This document shows, one piece after another, positions 36,763-50,001 of a stretch of 64,000 bases of DNA (its first letter is position 1; every line of letters begins with the position of its first letter). Made by a program: the position numbers and the translations under genes. The notes below the pieces were generated by a model, which saw only the letters and a program-made list of their open reading frames with translations, was not told where the DNA came from and did no database searches. Origin of the DNA: Marsupella aquatica (Eukaryota; Plantae; Marchantiophyta); the NCBI GenBank assembly GCA_973895155.1, contig OZ316895.1:2405659-2469658 (forward strand). Direction: 5' to 3'.

Positions 36763-39700
36763 ATGAGGGGTAAAATGTACAAAAAAGGGCGAAAGAAGAG
36801 TCCTCTGCCTGAAATACAAGAGGAAAGCTTAACGGATCCCCTGTTACATCGTCTTCGGGCTGAGGGAGACCTTGAAGCCAATGGCTCCGGTTCAGACGAG
36901 CCCGACTCTCATTTGGTGTCAAACATTCAGAAGGCTGCGGCCCTTGTCGATCAGGTACACTAAAGCATTTGTGCATGTTTACTTAAATGTGCTATCTTCT
37001 CATTTGATGAATATGCGCCAATCGGCATGACATCAGGCATGATTTTGCCCCAATATTGCCGGTGATGAACAATATATACTTTGATGAGAAACTATCCATC
37101 AACTCTTCCGTGTCAATCAAAGGGCGAAGCTCTTCAATGAGTTATAATGCAAGAGCTTCTAATTTTGAAGCAACTCCTCTATTTTGCCCTCCATGTTTCA
37201 GCTGTTAAAAACTGGTAGCTGGGGATTGAACTCGATGGTCGATTCATTCCCTTCAAGAGTCCTATGACCGGTTTCTGCTTATGCCCATCCTGGCCAGCTT
37301 CCGTTTATCGACTGATACATCTCGACGGCTTCAAATTATTAAGCCGGGGAAGATGTAGAGACTGTGGATGGCAGGGATTTATTATTTCTGATGCTATCTT
37401 ATTCCCTTAAGGCTTCGTGAGATGCGTCAATGATTTCAACTATTTCTGATATTTCGGAGGATTAGTGTGGATTTGTTCGTTGCTTTTTTGAATTTAGAGT
37501 CACAAAGGTTGAAAACGATCAGTCCCGCAGTAGTAGAGCCGAGTGCGAAGGAGATGCACTTCACGCTAGTGCTGTTTTCATTAAATTGGGTATTTAGGAC
37601 GGACGGCTTTATCAACGAACGGTGTCACATTACAATTCATTTTCGAGTTATGGAGATATTATTTTCTTTCGTCCTCCGCTTCAACTGGTTTACAAAAGGA
37701 TCGCTAAAAATACTCCGAAACGTGGTATCTATAATCTTCTGTTGCCCGCAAGATTTCGTGCATTGACCATGTTAGCAGAATTCGTGGTTTAGAAGCACGA
37801 TATTAATTCTTTGTGGAATGACAGGCAATGCAAGGACGATGGATGCCACTAGACGTTGTACATCACAAGGATTATCTGAATGCGAAGAAGGCGTTTTTGC
37901 TTTATCATCACCTGCGCTATCCAAGATGCGCGGTGCTTGTTACATTAATCACGTTGTCATTATTTGAGGTTAGCCCTCTGGGTAGATTCTCGATTCATTG
38001 AGTGTAGATTTATCACGACAGAGCTTGGTGTCAACTCGCTTCGTATGGTCTGCTGGGGAATTGCTTATGCATATTATGCTGGTCCATTGGAGGCCCTATT
38101 AATGCGCGGGATAGTTTCCAATGGCGTCTTGAAATGTTTCAGTTAATTAGGTTCCCCAAGTCACTAAGGTTTTCATATGTTCACGTCCTTTGAAGTGAAA
38201 ATGTGCTATTATTTAACCTCCTAAGGTACCCAACTTCAGGTGCCATCATGGTGTAAAGGTGACGTTAGCAACAACCCTTGTGGTGATCCAGAGGAGTTTA
38301 TTCTAAGTGGGATCTGGTATCTTCACCCTCGGTTAACCCTGGCGATTGAGGTAGTTAAACATCCTTCTTTTTAGAAGCTGTTCTTGATTCGAATAACCGC
38401 TTTGTGAAGGTGGAGCTGTGTGTCCATGAAGCAAAATCAGATACTCCGTATCTGATCCTGTTGGGTTTCGTGTAGTTCTGGCCTTTGGTTTTGTCAACCT
38501 CTGGAGTGTAGTCAGCTTAAACTGCCTAGTCGTTGTTGCGCAGGTGGTGTGTTTGCTACTTCTGGCCTGGTCCGTTGGTTTGCAGCGTTATTTCAAGTTC
38601 TTGAGTTTCTGGAACAACCATATTACTGTCATGAAGGTCAGTATGGGGTGTTTGTTACAGGCTTCAGACTAGGACTCCAGAGTTTCCTTGTAAGCATGGC
38701 CAAACATCCATCTTTTTAAGTTCCTACTACTGCTGCTGCGCGAGGCTCAGGTGGTTCAAAGTTCATCCATAGTCTGAAAACAGATGGCAAACTTTCGAAC
38801 TGAATGCTATAGGATGGACTGTTATTGTCAGAAGACTTTGAAATTTCAGACGACATATTCTGAGGAATGATTTTTGGACAGGTCGTGTTGCTGTTTGCGC
38901 TTGCTTTGAGCATAGGTCTCGCTCAGGGAGAGTTGAGCGGAATAAAGTGGTTGGCGTGGTTGCGTTTCCTTCAAGGCCAAAAAGTGTCCATGTATTTGCG
39001 CGTTTTAATCCCTATAGTGTTCAGCAGGTGCGGATCCCTACTTTCCGACCCGTGGTGCTTCTGTTGCAGCTCCTCTATTTCTTCATTCTGTTTCGCATGC
39101 TCGCTTCATGTTTGTAGTCTTCACCCACTTGTACTGATGATCTTTTATTACTGCTAATGGTGAGTGGATACTTGGGTTTTGGCAGGGCTTTACGGGGATG
39201 CTTTCGTGTTGCCCTGCGGATTTTGGAGCAGTACATAAATATAGCGGTGAGTTGCTAAAGCTCATTCCTTTTGAGGCAGTCAAAGAATGATGAATTCCTA
39301 TGAGGATTGTATCTAGATAACTTACAGTTTCTGTAGGATTCAGTACTGCCTCATTGAGATTGACGCATCTTTAGGATTGAATTTATGTGGTTTCAAGTCT
39401 GTCAGCAGAATGCGGTTTATACATAGACAGACTAGCTTATTCTTATTAGGAATTGTCGTCTCTTTTCAGGTGTTCGTATTGATGTATGTGCTGCTTTCAG
39501 CTTGGCTGGCAACCTTAGTCATGAATACTCAGTTTGGAGACTACGCATCGACTTTGTTAAAACTCTTCTCACTGTTAACAGCAGCAAGTGATTCGGATGT
39601 CTGGGCCGCAACGTATCCGGATCGTTTGGCCATCTTCTTTCTCTTCATATATCTCGTAGTTGGACTGTTCTTTTTGATGAATGTGGTGTTCGCAGTAATG

Positions 39701-42691
39701 TACACCAACTTCAAAGCTCAGGTGAGACCCGCATTCGGCACAGAATGGAACTCTATATGAATCGTAGAGATACCGCTGTTAACTATAAGTCTACCGACGT
39801 GAATAAGATTTTGATTGATTTTATTCGGAATTTGACATGTTGAAGAAGCTGAGTCATCTGATGAGGTCTAATTCCTCCTTTCAAGTGCTTAGGCTGGTCG
39901 AATTTGCACGTAATTCATATCCCATTTCTATCTCGGGTAGTGACTTAGTACCCACGGAGCGGGTAGGATCTAGCGGCTGACTCGTCTTTTCAAGCTACGG
40001 GATTAGATGTCTTTCTACTTTAAGAATGCAATTGGGCCTAACTTCTGTCTGTCCGTTGTGCAGATGGCATTGGAGGCCAAGAAACAAATTACAGCCCGTC
40101 AGGGGAGCTTGAGAGCAGCTTTCAGTCTCTTGGATACACGTCAGCAGGAATGGATTGATGGGCCAACTATGATTGCTTTGTTTTTAGCTATTGGAAACTA
40201 TCGGTGAGTTGCAAGTTCTGCGAGATATAGTGAAGTAGAGCGAACCCAGAGATGCTCGACAGAAACCATTCCTCCGTGTGTCTTTTTGTTCCTTGGCCTG
40301 GCCTATGTCTTAGAACTTGTAATATGGCTAAAGGTGGATTGTGAAATCTCATTTGATTAATTCCATTTCCCAGCCAAGTTAAGCACGGTGTTTGGATTTT
40401 ATCTCACTTGTTTATTGCAGTAGCCGCATGGCAACCTTGTCCCTTAAAAGTCGAGAGCCGTTGTGCGATCGGATGTAATCATTCTTTGCTTTCATCATTG
40501 GGCTTTTGGCGGTACATGGGCTCTCGCTTGAACCTTGATGTGACAGCCAACTTTGGGCTGGGTTTTCTTATCCTTCATGACATCAACCACTTACTGACCT
40601 TGCAGGCACATACCTGATGTTCGGTCGCGGACCAGCCAGCTCTTTCTGGCTCTCAACAAGAGAGGTGATTTTAAGATCTGGTCGGATGACTTTGAGGACC
40701 TTTGTGATGTTATAGCAAAAGAGGTTGCAAGGCGACCAAAGGCTGCAAGTTTCTCGAAATATCGCCAATTTGAGATGATGTGGGTTATTGGCCATCTCCA
40801 GTTCGTTAAGAGCTCAGCTTATAACTACTTTATATGGGCTGCGACATTGGGATCGTTCATAGCAGCCCTCTATGAGAGAGAAGTACGCTCAGGCTTTCAT
40901 GTCTCTTCGTTTTTGTAGCGGTTCAATGAGGTGCAGACATGTGAATTTCGAATCTGGGAACGCTTTGCTTGTTGTTTGATCCGTGTAGGTCTGCAAGAAA
41001 GTCACTATGCATTGGAGTTAGCCTGTAAGCTAAATTTTCATGTTCATCTGTTTTTTCCCTTAACAGGTGGTGAACAGCCGGTCATCTTTCTCTTTGTTAA
41101 AGATCGAGTTTGCCTTCGGTATGTAATACATCACTCCACTAGTGTTTTTGTTCAAAATGTGTTCTCTGCTGGCACAGAAATCAGTGTTCTTTAACTCCAA
41201 GACCTGGCTAAGGTGATTACGATTGTGGTTTGTCAACAAATGTGCAGGCTGCCTTTTCCTAGTTGATTCTGCACTCAAGATACTTGTGATGGGAAGGCGG
41301 GCGTTCTTCAAAAGTGCGCTGAATTTTTTCGACTTTGTATTCGCTTTGGCCATCATGGGTGTTATGTTTGCGGCATTTGGATACCCAAGTGCAAGAGAAT
41401 GGTAATCCAACGCAACTCACTCACTTGCCGGTGTTCTGGTTGACATTCGCATCGACACCTAGCTTATAACGCACTAGGGCATGTTTACAGTAGTGAGCAT
41501 TTTGCTGTGGAATGACTCACTTATACACCATCGAACGGAGTCGACAAGCTACACTACTATGCATTCAATTAGATGGAGACCAGTCGATGGGAAATGACTA
41601 GCAGTCTGCTCTGCATTAGTTTTTATTCCGTAGAGATGTGTGTTGTGAGCCTAAATAGTTGGTCATTAATAGGGAATCAAACAGTTCAAACTAAAGGATG
41701 CCGAGGTAGTTTTCGACATATAGTTGTTTCTTTGTCCCTTGATGACACCGCCAGCTTTTTGGTTTAGAGAGTCGTCGTGACTTTTTCTCAGTATAGACTC
41801 GAAGAAGCCAGAGATTGAAGTGTTATCCAGTTATTTTTTGTACAACTGGGTTTTCATTAGTTTGCCAGCCGAAGTGCAAGGGGTTCGTGGAACCTTTTCT
41901 GAATTGATTCAAGATATTGAGGCATTTTTGTTTAGAGCCTGATCACTCCAATGAATCGAAATGTCTTTAGAGGACAATAACTGCTCTTTGATGCATTTGA
42001 TCATCTCATTTATGTTGTCTGCCAACTTCTCGGATTGCATTCTAATTAACTTTTGCCTGATCTTGTGAGCAGGGTGTCAATACTGATTTTGTTAAAGGCG
42101 TTTCGAGTGGTAGTCGTCTTCAGCCATTTCAAGCGATGGAAGCTTCTTTCAGAAACCATTGTTCACATGATTCCTAAGACAGCACCGGTACTTGGAATGC
42201 TATATTGCATATGCTCACTGTTCTCGCTTCTTGGTGTTCATCTATTTGCGGGAGATGTGTATGTGAGCAATCCGGTGGTGCAAAACACCCAATATGCTGC
42301 TAGTGGTCTCTGGGTACTGAACTTCAACGACTACGCGTCCGCAATGGCTACTGCATTGAATTTGTGCATCGTGGGTAACTGGTATATCATTATGGAGGGC
42401 TATGATGCTGCTACGGGAACTAATTGGTCCCGACTGTATTTCATCTGTTTCTGGTTTATTACTGTGGCTTTTACCCTGAGTGTGGTCGTGGCATATTTTA
42501 TCGAGGCATTCACTACACAAATGGAAAAAGCAAAAGCGAGAGAAAGGGCAGCGTCTGAACAAGCTCGGAAAGAAGCTCTTCTCGCAAAGAATGCTGGGCT
42601 TCCAAGGCAGAGAGGGAACCCAAATCCTGGGCATTTTATGATTTTTAAGAAAACAGTATCATACTATAATCTGCCGCCAAGAAGGCAATGA
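36763..42691 (+). CDS. TPC: Two-pore channel, divergent (type-2 / TPC1b-like), 12 exons, 746 aa
   Basis: Exons: 36763-36954, 37825-37968, 38240-38350, 38544-38636, 38882-39027, 39186-39246, 39470-39721, 40064-40203, 40606-40882, 41067-41118, 41248-41401, 42073-42691. All introns GT-AG; total 2241 nt in frame. Motifs: dileucine EESLTDPLL, QKAAALVD, FEVPSWC, pore 1 LLTAASDSDVW, EF-hand-like linker, EFAFG, NFNDYASAM and pore 2 CIVGNWYIIMEGY. Confidence 0.93.
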
Positions 42692-45600
42692 AAACTCTGT
42701 AAGCAGTTCGCAAATCTTGTAAAGTTATTGTTTTGTGCAATCTACATAGAAAAGACTTCTGTAAAAAGAAAGCAATTGCAGACTACCATAGCATGGCATG
42801 ATCACTGAGGGAGGGCGATTTTGGAGAAGAGATGTTGTGGTCTCTTATTTTTACATGGGAGAACGGGAAGTGTAAATGTGTATGACCTTTAGCATCCCCT
42901 TCACGTGTTCCCGGCTTATAGATACGCAGTTTTTCTCCCTAATGAAAGGGGGAGCCCAGATTCAAATGAAACTGATGGCATTGGCAATTTTCGACTGGTT
43001 ATGAGGAAGCTATGTCTGATGCATCGATTATTGTTTAGGAAAGAGATCTATCCCTGTTTCTTTTTCCATTGTAAGGCTTGGAAGGAAATATACCATATAG
43101 GATCAACAAATTGTGCGGTACAGCACCCACTGAAATGCAGCTCCAGGCGAAGACCATCAAGCTCAAGGGGATGAGACCAGATTGGTTACTAGCTATGTGA
43201 CCATGTTGGATACACTTCTGTAAGATTGTACACCTTTTACTGTGGCGCATTATAGCGTACTCATCTGTGGTCTTGTCGAGAGTAGCATGAGTTGCACAGA
43301 AGCTGCACAACCTGAGTTACTCAATTTGATTATATAGTCAACAGTCTGCTAGTGTTTGGATATCAAGTTTGGAGCACTTGTCACGGTTAGAGCCTTTTGA
43401 GGCCGGCCTAGCCAGAAAGAGCATCTTATGTAACAGTATCCAGGTTTGTGCAGCCATATAGCATCTCCAAGATCTCCGGAGCTGCTTGGGGCTCGTCAAA
43501 TGTGTAAAGGCAGGGTTTTGAACCTTTGCAATTATTTTCCTCTGTAAGTTGACTGAAAATACTTCAATAAGGACTTGGCAGTCAGGGAGTGCTTCCTGCC
43601 TGGCTCCTCAGCTCATTCTGTTAGAATCTGTTCTGTGTGCGATACATCATTCTCTCTCAGGTGTGACCTCTGTTCAGTTGCTGTTGATGAACTTACAGAT
43701 AAAGTCGGACGAGAGTGTTGACATTTGACTTCCGTCGAGGCTTGGTGATTGTTGCATCTAGCGGATCTCTAAGTTCGTCTTCGTGGCCTTAGTTTACCAG
43801 ATTATGTCTAAAATAATTAAGTAGTGGCGATCAAGTTTCACCTTGCTGAACTCACATCTCATAACTTGTCCAAACGCATCCGAGTGTTGATTTGTTTCTG
43901 GGGTTCAGGACTATGCCATCACGCTGTCTCTGGTAACCACGCTGTCTCTGGTTACCGAAGATCCACGTGTTCAAGCAGTAGAATTGATTATGTATTCGGA
44001 AATAGTGATATTTAAGTTCTCACTTTTGTGTACCGTTGAGGTTTAGTGTCCAGAAATGTGCGCAGTGTGGTCTGGGACTCTGAAAGTCGCTGTAACGTCA
44101 AAAGATTTTACGTCATGGAAATTGGAATGTGACCGGTCTGAGTTGACGAGGAGTAGGCGAGTCCCAAACTACTTAAGGATTGTCCGCTTCGCCCTAGCGT
44201 GGTCTCTGACTTCGTTTTGGAAGGATTTAAATTTGAGCATGACCATAGGGTCGGAAGGTCTTTAGGATGCTTCGACAATACAGAGGCATGTGAAAGGTGA
44301 ACTTATCGCAGAAAGGTGGACAATTTACATCACCGTAAGCTAGTTCAACCCTTCCTTGATTATTGCATTACCTTGAAGACCGAAGTTGACAGTCTTGAAT
44401 CTCGAGCGAACCTAATTATTTTCTAATTAAAGACAAAAGTCTCCCAATGGGAGACATGATCCACGGGCCAAAGACCCAATTAAGGGGCAGATAACAAAGG
44501 GCCAAAAAGCCAGGGACCGAACTTTCCAAATGACACGATCATTTCGAGCGATCACGGTGCAGCGATCTAGTTTGTTAGTGACGAAGAAAAAGCAGTTAAT
44601 TGTTGTGTTCATCAAACAACTGTGTTTTGAAACTCTTGTGTTAGATGATCACAAGGCAACGATCTAGTTTGCCCTCGTAGACGAAGCTACTGTGTTCTGA
44701 AATAGCTGTTCATTTCTACATATGTGCGACTAACGATCACGACTACCAGTATTTGTTTTTATTGTAGAAATGTGGGACCGCCACCAGATCAGAGGAAATG
44801 ATTCTAGGTCTCGGACACTCGCCTTCGAACAGGAAATAGTGCCGAACAATTGCTAGAATTTAGCAAGTGTCTTTTTCACTGTGTTTCAGAGGCATAAATC
44901 TTTCATTGCGCAAAGGAAAATGGCAATTACCGTTTGCAAAAGTCCTCTCTGTATCTCTCGATAAAGAAAGTATTTTTTGTAAAAGCATATACTCACAAGA
45001 CTGCTGTGTCGTCCAAGAAACTAAACAAATCACGTGTGAAGGAATCGCAACTTTCCGTCTGGTTTACACAACAATAGTAGGGCAAGACTCGAGAAGACAG
45101 CGCGTGGAAAGACCTCTCTGAATGCAAAATGAGCAAGAAAACTACCGTATGACGAATAACTCCAAGGAAGATCGCGCGTCCTCACAATCAAGCAAAGCCA
45201 AAGATCAAATTTCCGTTGCGAGACTACAACATCCCTCCATCCATCTTCTACTCACGACGTAAAATCATTGATAGCAAAATATATTGGTACAGAGAGGTTT
45301 CGGTATTCCCAATTTGCACAATCAGTACGATTCGTCTAGATGCTAAGATAAATCAGTTCAACCCCAAACAGGCAGAGACAAATCGTCCACACTGAGTCTC
45401 ATCCAATTCGAATTTTCATCTATAAAATTGCGTAACAATCATCCATTCTCGTTCATGCCAAGAATGTACCAGCTGTGAACTGACGACCTTCCAGCAAGCA
45501 ATCACCTCGTCCACTTCAAAGGGAAGTAACAGCAACAGCCCAGTGTCATGAATCGAAACACTGCAAGCCGCACGCAGGAAGCTCAAACCTTTCCTATCAC

Positions 45601-46142
45601 ACTACGTGACGATCCTCTTCTCCCGAGTTTACAACACTGACGGACACCAATCCAACGCTGGCAGCTAAACTAACTATAGAGAAACACAGAAATTGCTTAA
45701 TTGCTTGTTTCTGGATAAAAATCATTTGGTTCAATATCTGAAGTGCGATTTCAACTACTACTACTCCTATCCATGTTACATATACACAATTACGATGGCA
45801 GCACTACCAATCGACTGCTCAGCTAGGCCCTGACTCCTCTCTGTGCTCGACAAGCAAGTCGAGCTTCAGAGAACACCAAACCAATGTGTGGCGGAGACAT
45901 CGTCACGCAATAAGTGCAACTCCTGGCTGTGCAATCCACATCATCGGGTTCCCGCCGTGTCACATATCTCAAGGTGCAGTCGAAACTATGATAACCCTCA
46001 TCACGTTCGTTGGTAAGCGCTCACGATCCATCAGCCAAACTTGACCGGAGGAGTACAAATCACCCAGTGCAGTATTTTGGTGAAGCAAACAACAGAACGA
46101 TACGGGGCACAACTAAGGTCCAGGAACAGCCGAAGAAGATGC

Positions 46143-46469
46143 TCACGAGCCTCGCCTACTAGATCCTGCTCCGCCAGGGATGTTTGAAGCCTGAATCTGC
46201 ACAGGAAGGGGTCTACCTGTGCCGCTACCTCCGCAGCTATTGCACCTCATTTGTCCAGTCCCCGCACATGTACTGCATCCAACGTCCTTATCCGACCATC
46301 GGTTGCACATGCATGGAACTCTACGGGTTCCGCTGCAAGTCGGACACCGTGCATTACCCCCCGCCATAGGTTTATCATTTTCAGCATCCATGATGGATTT
46401 AATCATCCAAGCACCTGCTAACACTCCCACCCCTTGAGCTACCTGTGTGATCATAATTCCCGGAGACAT
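46143..46469 (-). CDS. Small DnaJ-like zinc-finger protein without J-domain (resembles Arabidopsis At5g43260), 108 aa
   Basis: N-terminal hydrophobic segment ITQVAQGVGVLAGAWMIKS, then CPTCSGT, CMCNRWSDKDVGC, CSTCAGTG and CNSCGGSGTGRPLPVQI (CxxCxGxG repeats). Confidence 0.9.
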   Translation of the reverse strand: MSPGIMITQVAQGVGVLAGAWMIKSIMDAENDKPMAGGNARCPTCSGTRRVPCMCNRWSDKDVGCSTCAGTGQMRCNSCGGSGTGRPLPVQIQASNIPGGAGSSRRGS

Positions 46470-47180
46470 GATTCCTCAACTTCACTCTCTTGCAACACCC
46501 TGCGCAGTAGCCCTTCCCCGTCCGTGGCCCTGCCTGCCTTCCAACCGGACTGCAACCCTACTTCTGAATCTGCGTTTCCTGTCTGCACCAAACCTGCCTG
46601 TCCTTCAAACTTTGAAAATCTTCACCAACCCACCAGCAATTCTGCACTAACAGCTCATTCCAAACACTTCTGTTCCCCTGACCTTCGTCACCTGAAGTAG
46701 AACCGAATTGAAGAGCCTACAGCCAATCTATGAGTTCAGCGAGCCTCACACCACCGAAAAGCCTGTCCTGCAAAGTGAGTGAACCGCAGCAACCACAGCT
46801 TTCCTCGCTCCGCAATGAACAACAGCGCAGAAGAAGCAAGCAAACGAAGATGTATTGAGCGATCGGAAGAAATCCAATCAAAAACAATCACTCGGGAGAA
46901 TCGCGTGGTCAAGCGACAGACGTGTGATGCTTCACGAGAAGCTTCACGATTACACCAGCACAAGGAGTGCAAGGAAGAGACTACTGGCACCTCGATTTGA
47001 GAGAGTCACGCCACACCCCGCCGTCTCTAAACAGACCTCACGAATAAAAAAAAAACAAACGAACAGGAATCGGTGCAGAGGAACGACAGGGCTATAAATA
47101 ATGGTGGCGAACGAGGGAGGTGGCGGGCACGGACACTGACGGCAAGACCTTTTCCTACCGCGGGGACACATCGAAGCTGC

Positions 47181-47342
47181 GGTGATCGAACCGGACCTGA
47201 CCAAACGTACCTGCCTAGCTTCGGTCGCGGACCCGCGATGGGATTTGGGGGACGGTGAGGAGGTGATCGAACCGGACCTGACCAACCGTATCTGCCTAGC
47301 TTCGGTCGCCGACCCGCGATGGGATTTTGGGGGCGGTGAGGA
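47181..47342. repeat. 81-bp tandem duplication upstream of the zinc-finger gene
   Basis: GGTGATCGAACCGGACCTGACCAA...GGTGAGGA starts at 47181 and again at 47262; the copies are nearly identical. Confidence 0.9.
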
Positions 47343-47680
47343 GAGGACGGAAAGGGCGGGTAGGGTTGGCGAACGGACGGACGGACGGACGCGAGAGGCT
47401 GGCTGAGAGATTGAACGAGAGGACGAAGAGGAGCGGAGGCGCGACTGATGAGGCGAAGACGCGTCATGCTCCACAGTCCACAGCCTCCAGTCCAGGAGGT
47501 GGCCCGGCACACGCCACAATCTCGGGCATGCATGGTTAGCAAATCATCATATCGGAGGATGATTTTGGGAGGCGTTGGCTTGCTCTCAGAGTTACCATCG
47601 CCCACCTCTCCTGCCTGGGTTCGAACCAGCGTTGTTTTGTTATCGTTAGGGATAAGTAGTCTCTACTGCAACCGAGCACT

Positions 47681-47907
47681 AGGGCTTCTCAAAGTTTCAT
47701 AGTTGGAGATGATGACATAATTCACAGGGCTATGTAACTTATTATAATGTTTATTTTTCACTAGCCTCTACAGTACTTATGGTCATGACATATGACCAAC
47801 CTTTATGACAAAATGTTATGGATTACAATTTTGGTTGTCCAATTTTTAATTTCAAAGACTTTACTTAATAGTTAAGGTCCATCAAATTTTGAAGTTTGAG
47901 ACCCCCA
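47681..47907. mobile_element. Degenerate MITE of the GGGGGTCTCAAA-TIR family
   Basis: Left end AGGGCTTCTCAAAGTTTC, right end GAAGTTTGAGACCCCC; body homologous to 18600-18857. Confidence 0.65.
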
Positions 47908-48625
47908 TGGCTGCCCTGAGGAAGGGTTAGATTAGCATTATCTTGACGGATAATGTTTGATGGACATAGAATGTAATAAATCTCTCGTGTGTTCCCATGG
48001 ACGTAGTCTCAAGTTGAGATATTCCACATATCTCTCTATATCTACTTGTGAGTTGGATTTTCATGAGCTTGCCGTTGTAGATGTCCTCTTTTCTTAACAC
48101 AAGCAACCAATCTCCACCTTAGGCAAAGAGGCACAGGTTATAGCCTGCATCAGGATGGCGGCCACTAGGATGCCGACACAGAGGGACGAGTGGCAAGTAC
48201 CCTTGGGGCCCAGGAGACCTTATTACCTAGTTGGGCATACTAGATCCAGTTTTGGCAACATGGTCAGATTTCTTCTACACAATTCTCTTTGCATAGGTAC
48301 GGAGGCAAAAGCCACATCAGATTTTGGCACCAATAAGAACCAGAAACCCTATGGACAATCTTCTAATGCTCTCTGCTAGCTCTTTACATGTACTTCCAGA
48401 CTAGTGTTACTGTGGCCAGAAACTTATGGTCTTTCTTAAATCTGGGGAGATATAATGATCAAAAATTAATTTAGAAAAATCAGATAAAGAACATTCCTAG
48501 CATCGTCTCCTTTACACAGCCTGACATTGCCACTCTAGTGAAAACTTAAAAACCTTAAAGATTGCACTGCATGGTGGTAATTACACATCAAAAAATAATA
48601 ATATATGGATATGGTGTAAGATCTG

Positions 48626-48896
48626 TGTGACAAGTGCCCACAAATTGAAGGTACGATGCTACGTGACAAGTGCCACAAATTTGACTCCAGGATGCTATGT
48701 GACAAGTGCCCACAAATTGAATGTACGATGAAATGTGACAAGTGCACACAAAATTGAGACAAGTGCCCACAAATTGAATGGATTGACTGGTCTCCATATA
48801 TCACAAGAGTGTTGATCTGATGCTATGTGACAAGTGCCCCCACAAAATGAATGTACGATGCTATGTGACAAGTGCACACAAATTGAATGGATTGAT
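48626..48896. repeat. Minisatellite with core GTGACAAGTGCCCACAAATTG, ~7 copies at a ~36-bp period
   Basis: The core recurs near 48627, 48663, 48700, 48735, 48757, 48827 and 48865. Confidence 0.88.
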
Positions 48897-49597
48897 TGGT
48901 CTTTCATAATCATCACTGAGTGTTCTTATTTTTATTTATCCAGACGAACGCTTTTTGATGTTCGTTTCTGTGGTGGTATTTGTAAGCACGGTAACTGGAT
49001 CTAACCTTTAAAATTTATGGCCTTACCCGACTCCTGCTTCAGAAGAATCGGGCATTTGTCGCAGATATGGTGTTGCCACCTACGCTGGGCAGGCAGGAGC
49101 GAACAGCCAAGAGTACAAAGACACGGTCCAGAGCGTGGCGGCCACCGTATCACCCGCCACCGGACGCCTGCCCGCCACGTACACTACTCCTATACATACT
49201 GCCGCAGGCCAACAATGCCATTATGCCAAGCCCTTCCTGCCCGCCGTGCGCTGCCCCAATCCCGCCTCGCTTTGATGCCTTGCGTTGCCCCCGCACTGAC
49301 ACGGTATCTTTTCCTGGTTTTGCCGGGTTCCTGCTGATGTGCCCGAGCCACGTGCTGCTTCGATACTTGATGCGAGGGACGATCTCGTGCCTCGTTCCGC
49401 GCAGCCCTGACCCCTTGGCTGTCCGTGACCCAACTACTGCAGTATTGCAGTATGGTGGTGGGAGAATTGCAAGTTAAAAGCTTACCCCTTGTAGTATGGT
49501 GGTAGGGAAAATTGCAAGTAAAAAGCTTACCCCCTTGTTGGTCGATGGGATCTTTCAGTTATAATTCTTCCATTCTTTGCCAATCAAACAGTCTAAT

Positions 49598-50001
49598 AGG
49601 GGGTCTCAAATATTGGGTCGTTTTCTTAGTCCGCAGGTCAACACTTGGGACCCTAAGACTGGACGCGGATGGAGATTACGGAGTTACACATCGATAGGAT
49701 TTTAATTTTTTTCCGCACCGTAAGGTCGCTGCCGCGAGTTATGGCGCTCAGGTTGACTCTCGCAGTCACTGGGTGGAAACAGGAAGTCAATTGTCGCTTG
49801 TTGGAAACATGGAATGACTCGCTCGTGACCCAACACAGGATTCAAAAGAGTGAGCCAAGCCGGTCGACGGAAAACTGTCAAGTCCTGCAACCAGAGTATG
49901 CAGACCAGACAAAAGGCTCCCACACATATTCTATTCTGCAACCATCCAGACCTAAAGGGGACGGCCGTAAAACAGTCGCGACCCAATATTTGAGACCCCC
50001 T
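49598..50001. mobile_element. MITE of 404 bp with perfect 23-bp TIRs
   Basis: AGGGGGTCTCAAATATTGGGTCG ... CGACCCAATATTTGAGACCCCCT, flanked on both sides by AAT (or TA if the element is read from GGGGG). Confidence 0.9.

Noticed and set aside
37213-37245. tRNA T-arm-like strings (GAGTTCAATCCCC...ACCA on the minus strand; GGGTTCGAACC near 47617; GGGTTCAAG near 57250 and 57280)
   Set aside because: No cloverleaf or A-box could be built around them.
39857-39984. CTGATGA motifs (also near 15359, 24782, 47445) as hammerhead ribozyme or snoRNA cores
   Set aside because: No stem II plus GAAA and no matching flanking helices; no convincing C/D terminal stem.
46950-47605. ORFs of 189-192 aa upstream of the zinc-finger gene, and ORFs of 161-181 aa at 35063-35720
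   Set aside because: These are low-complexity GC-rich or repeat-derived frames with no recognisable domain; they are probably UTR or promoter sequence.
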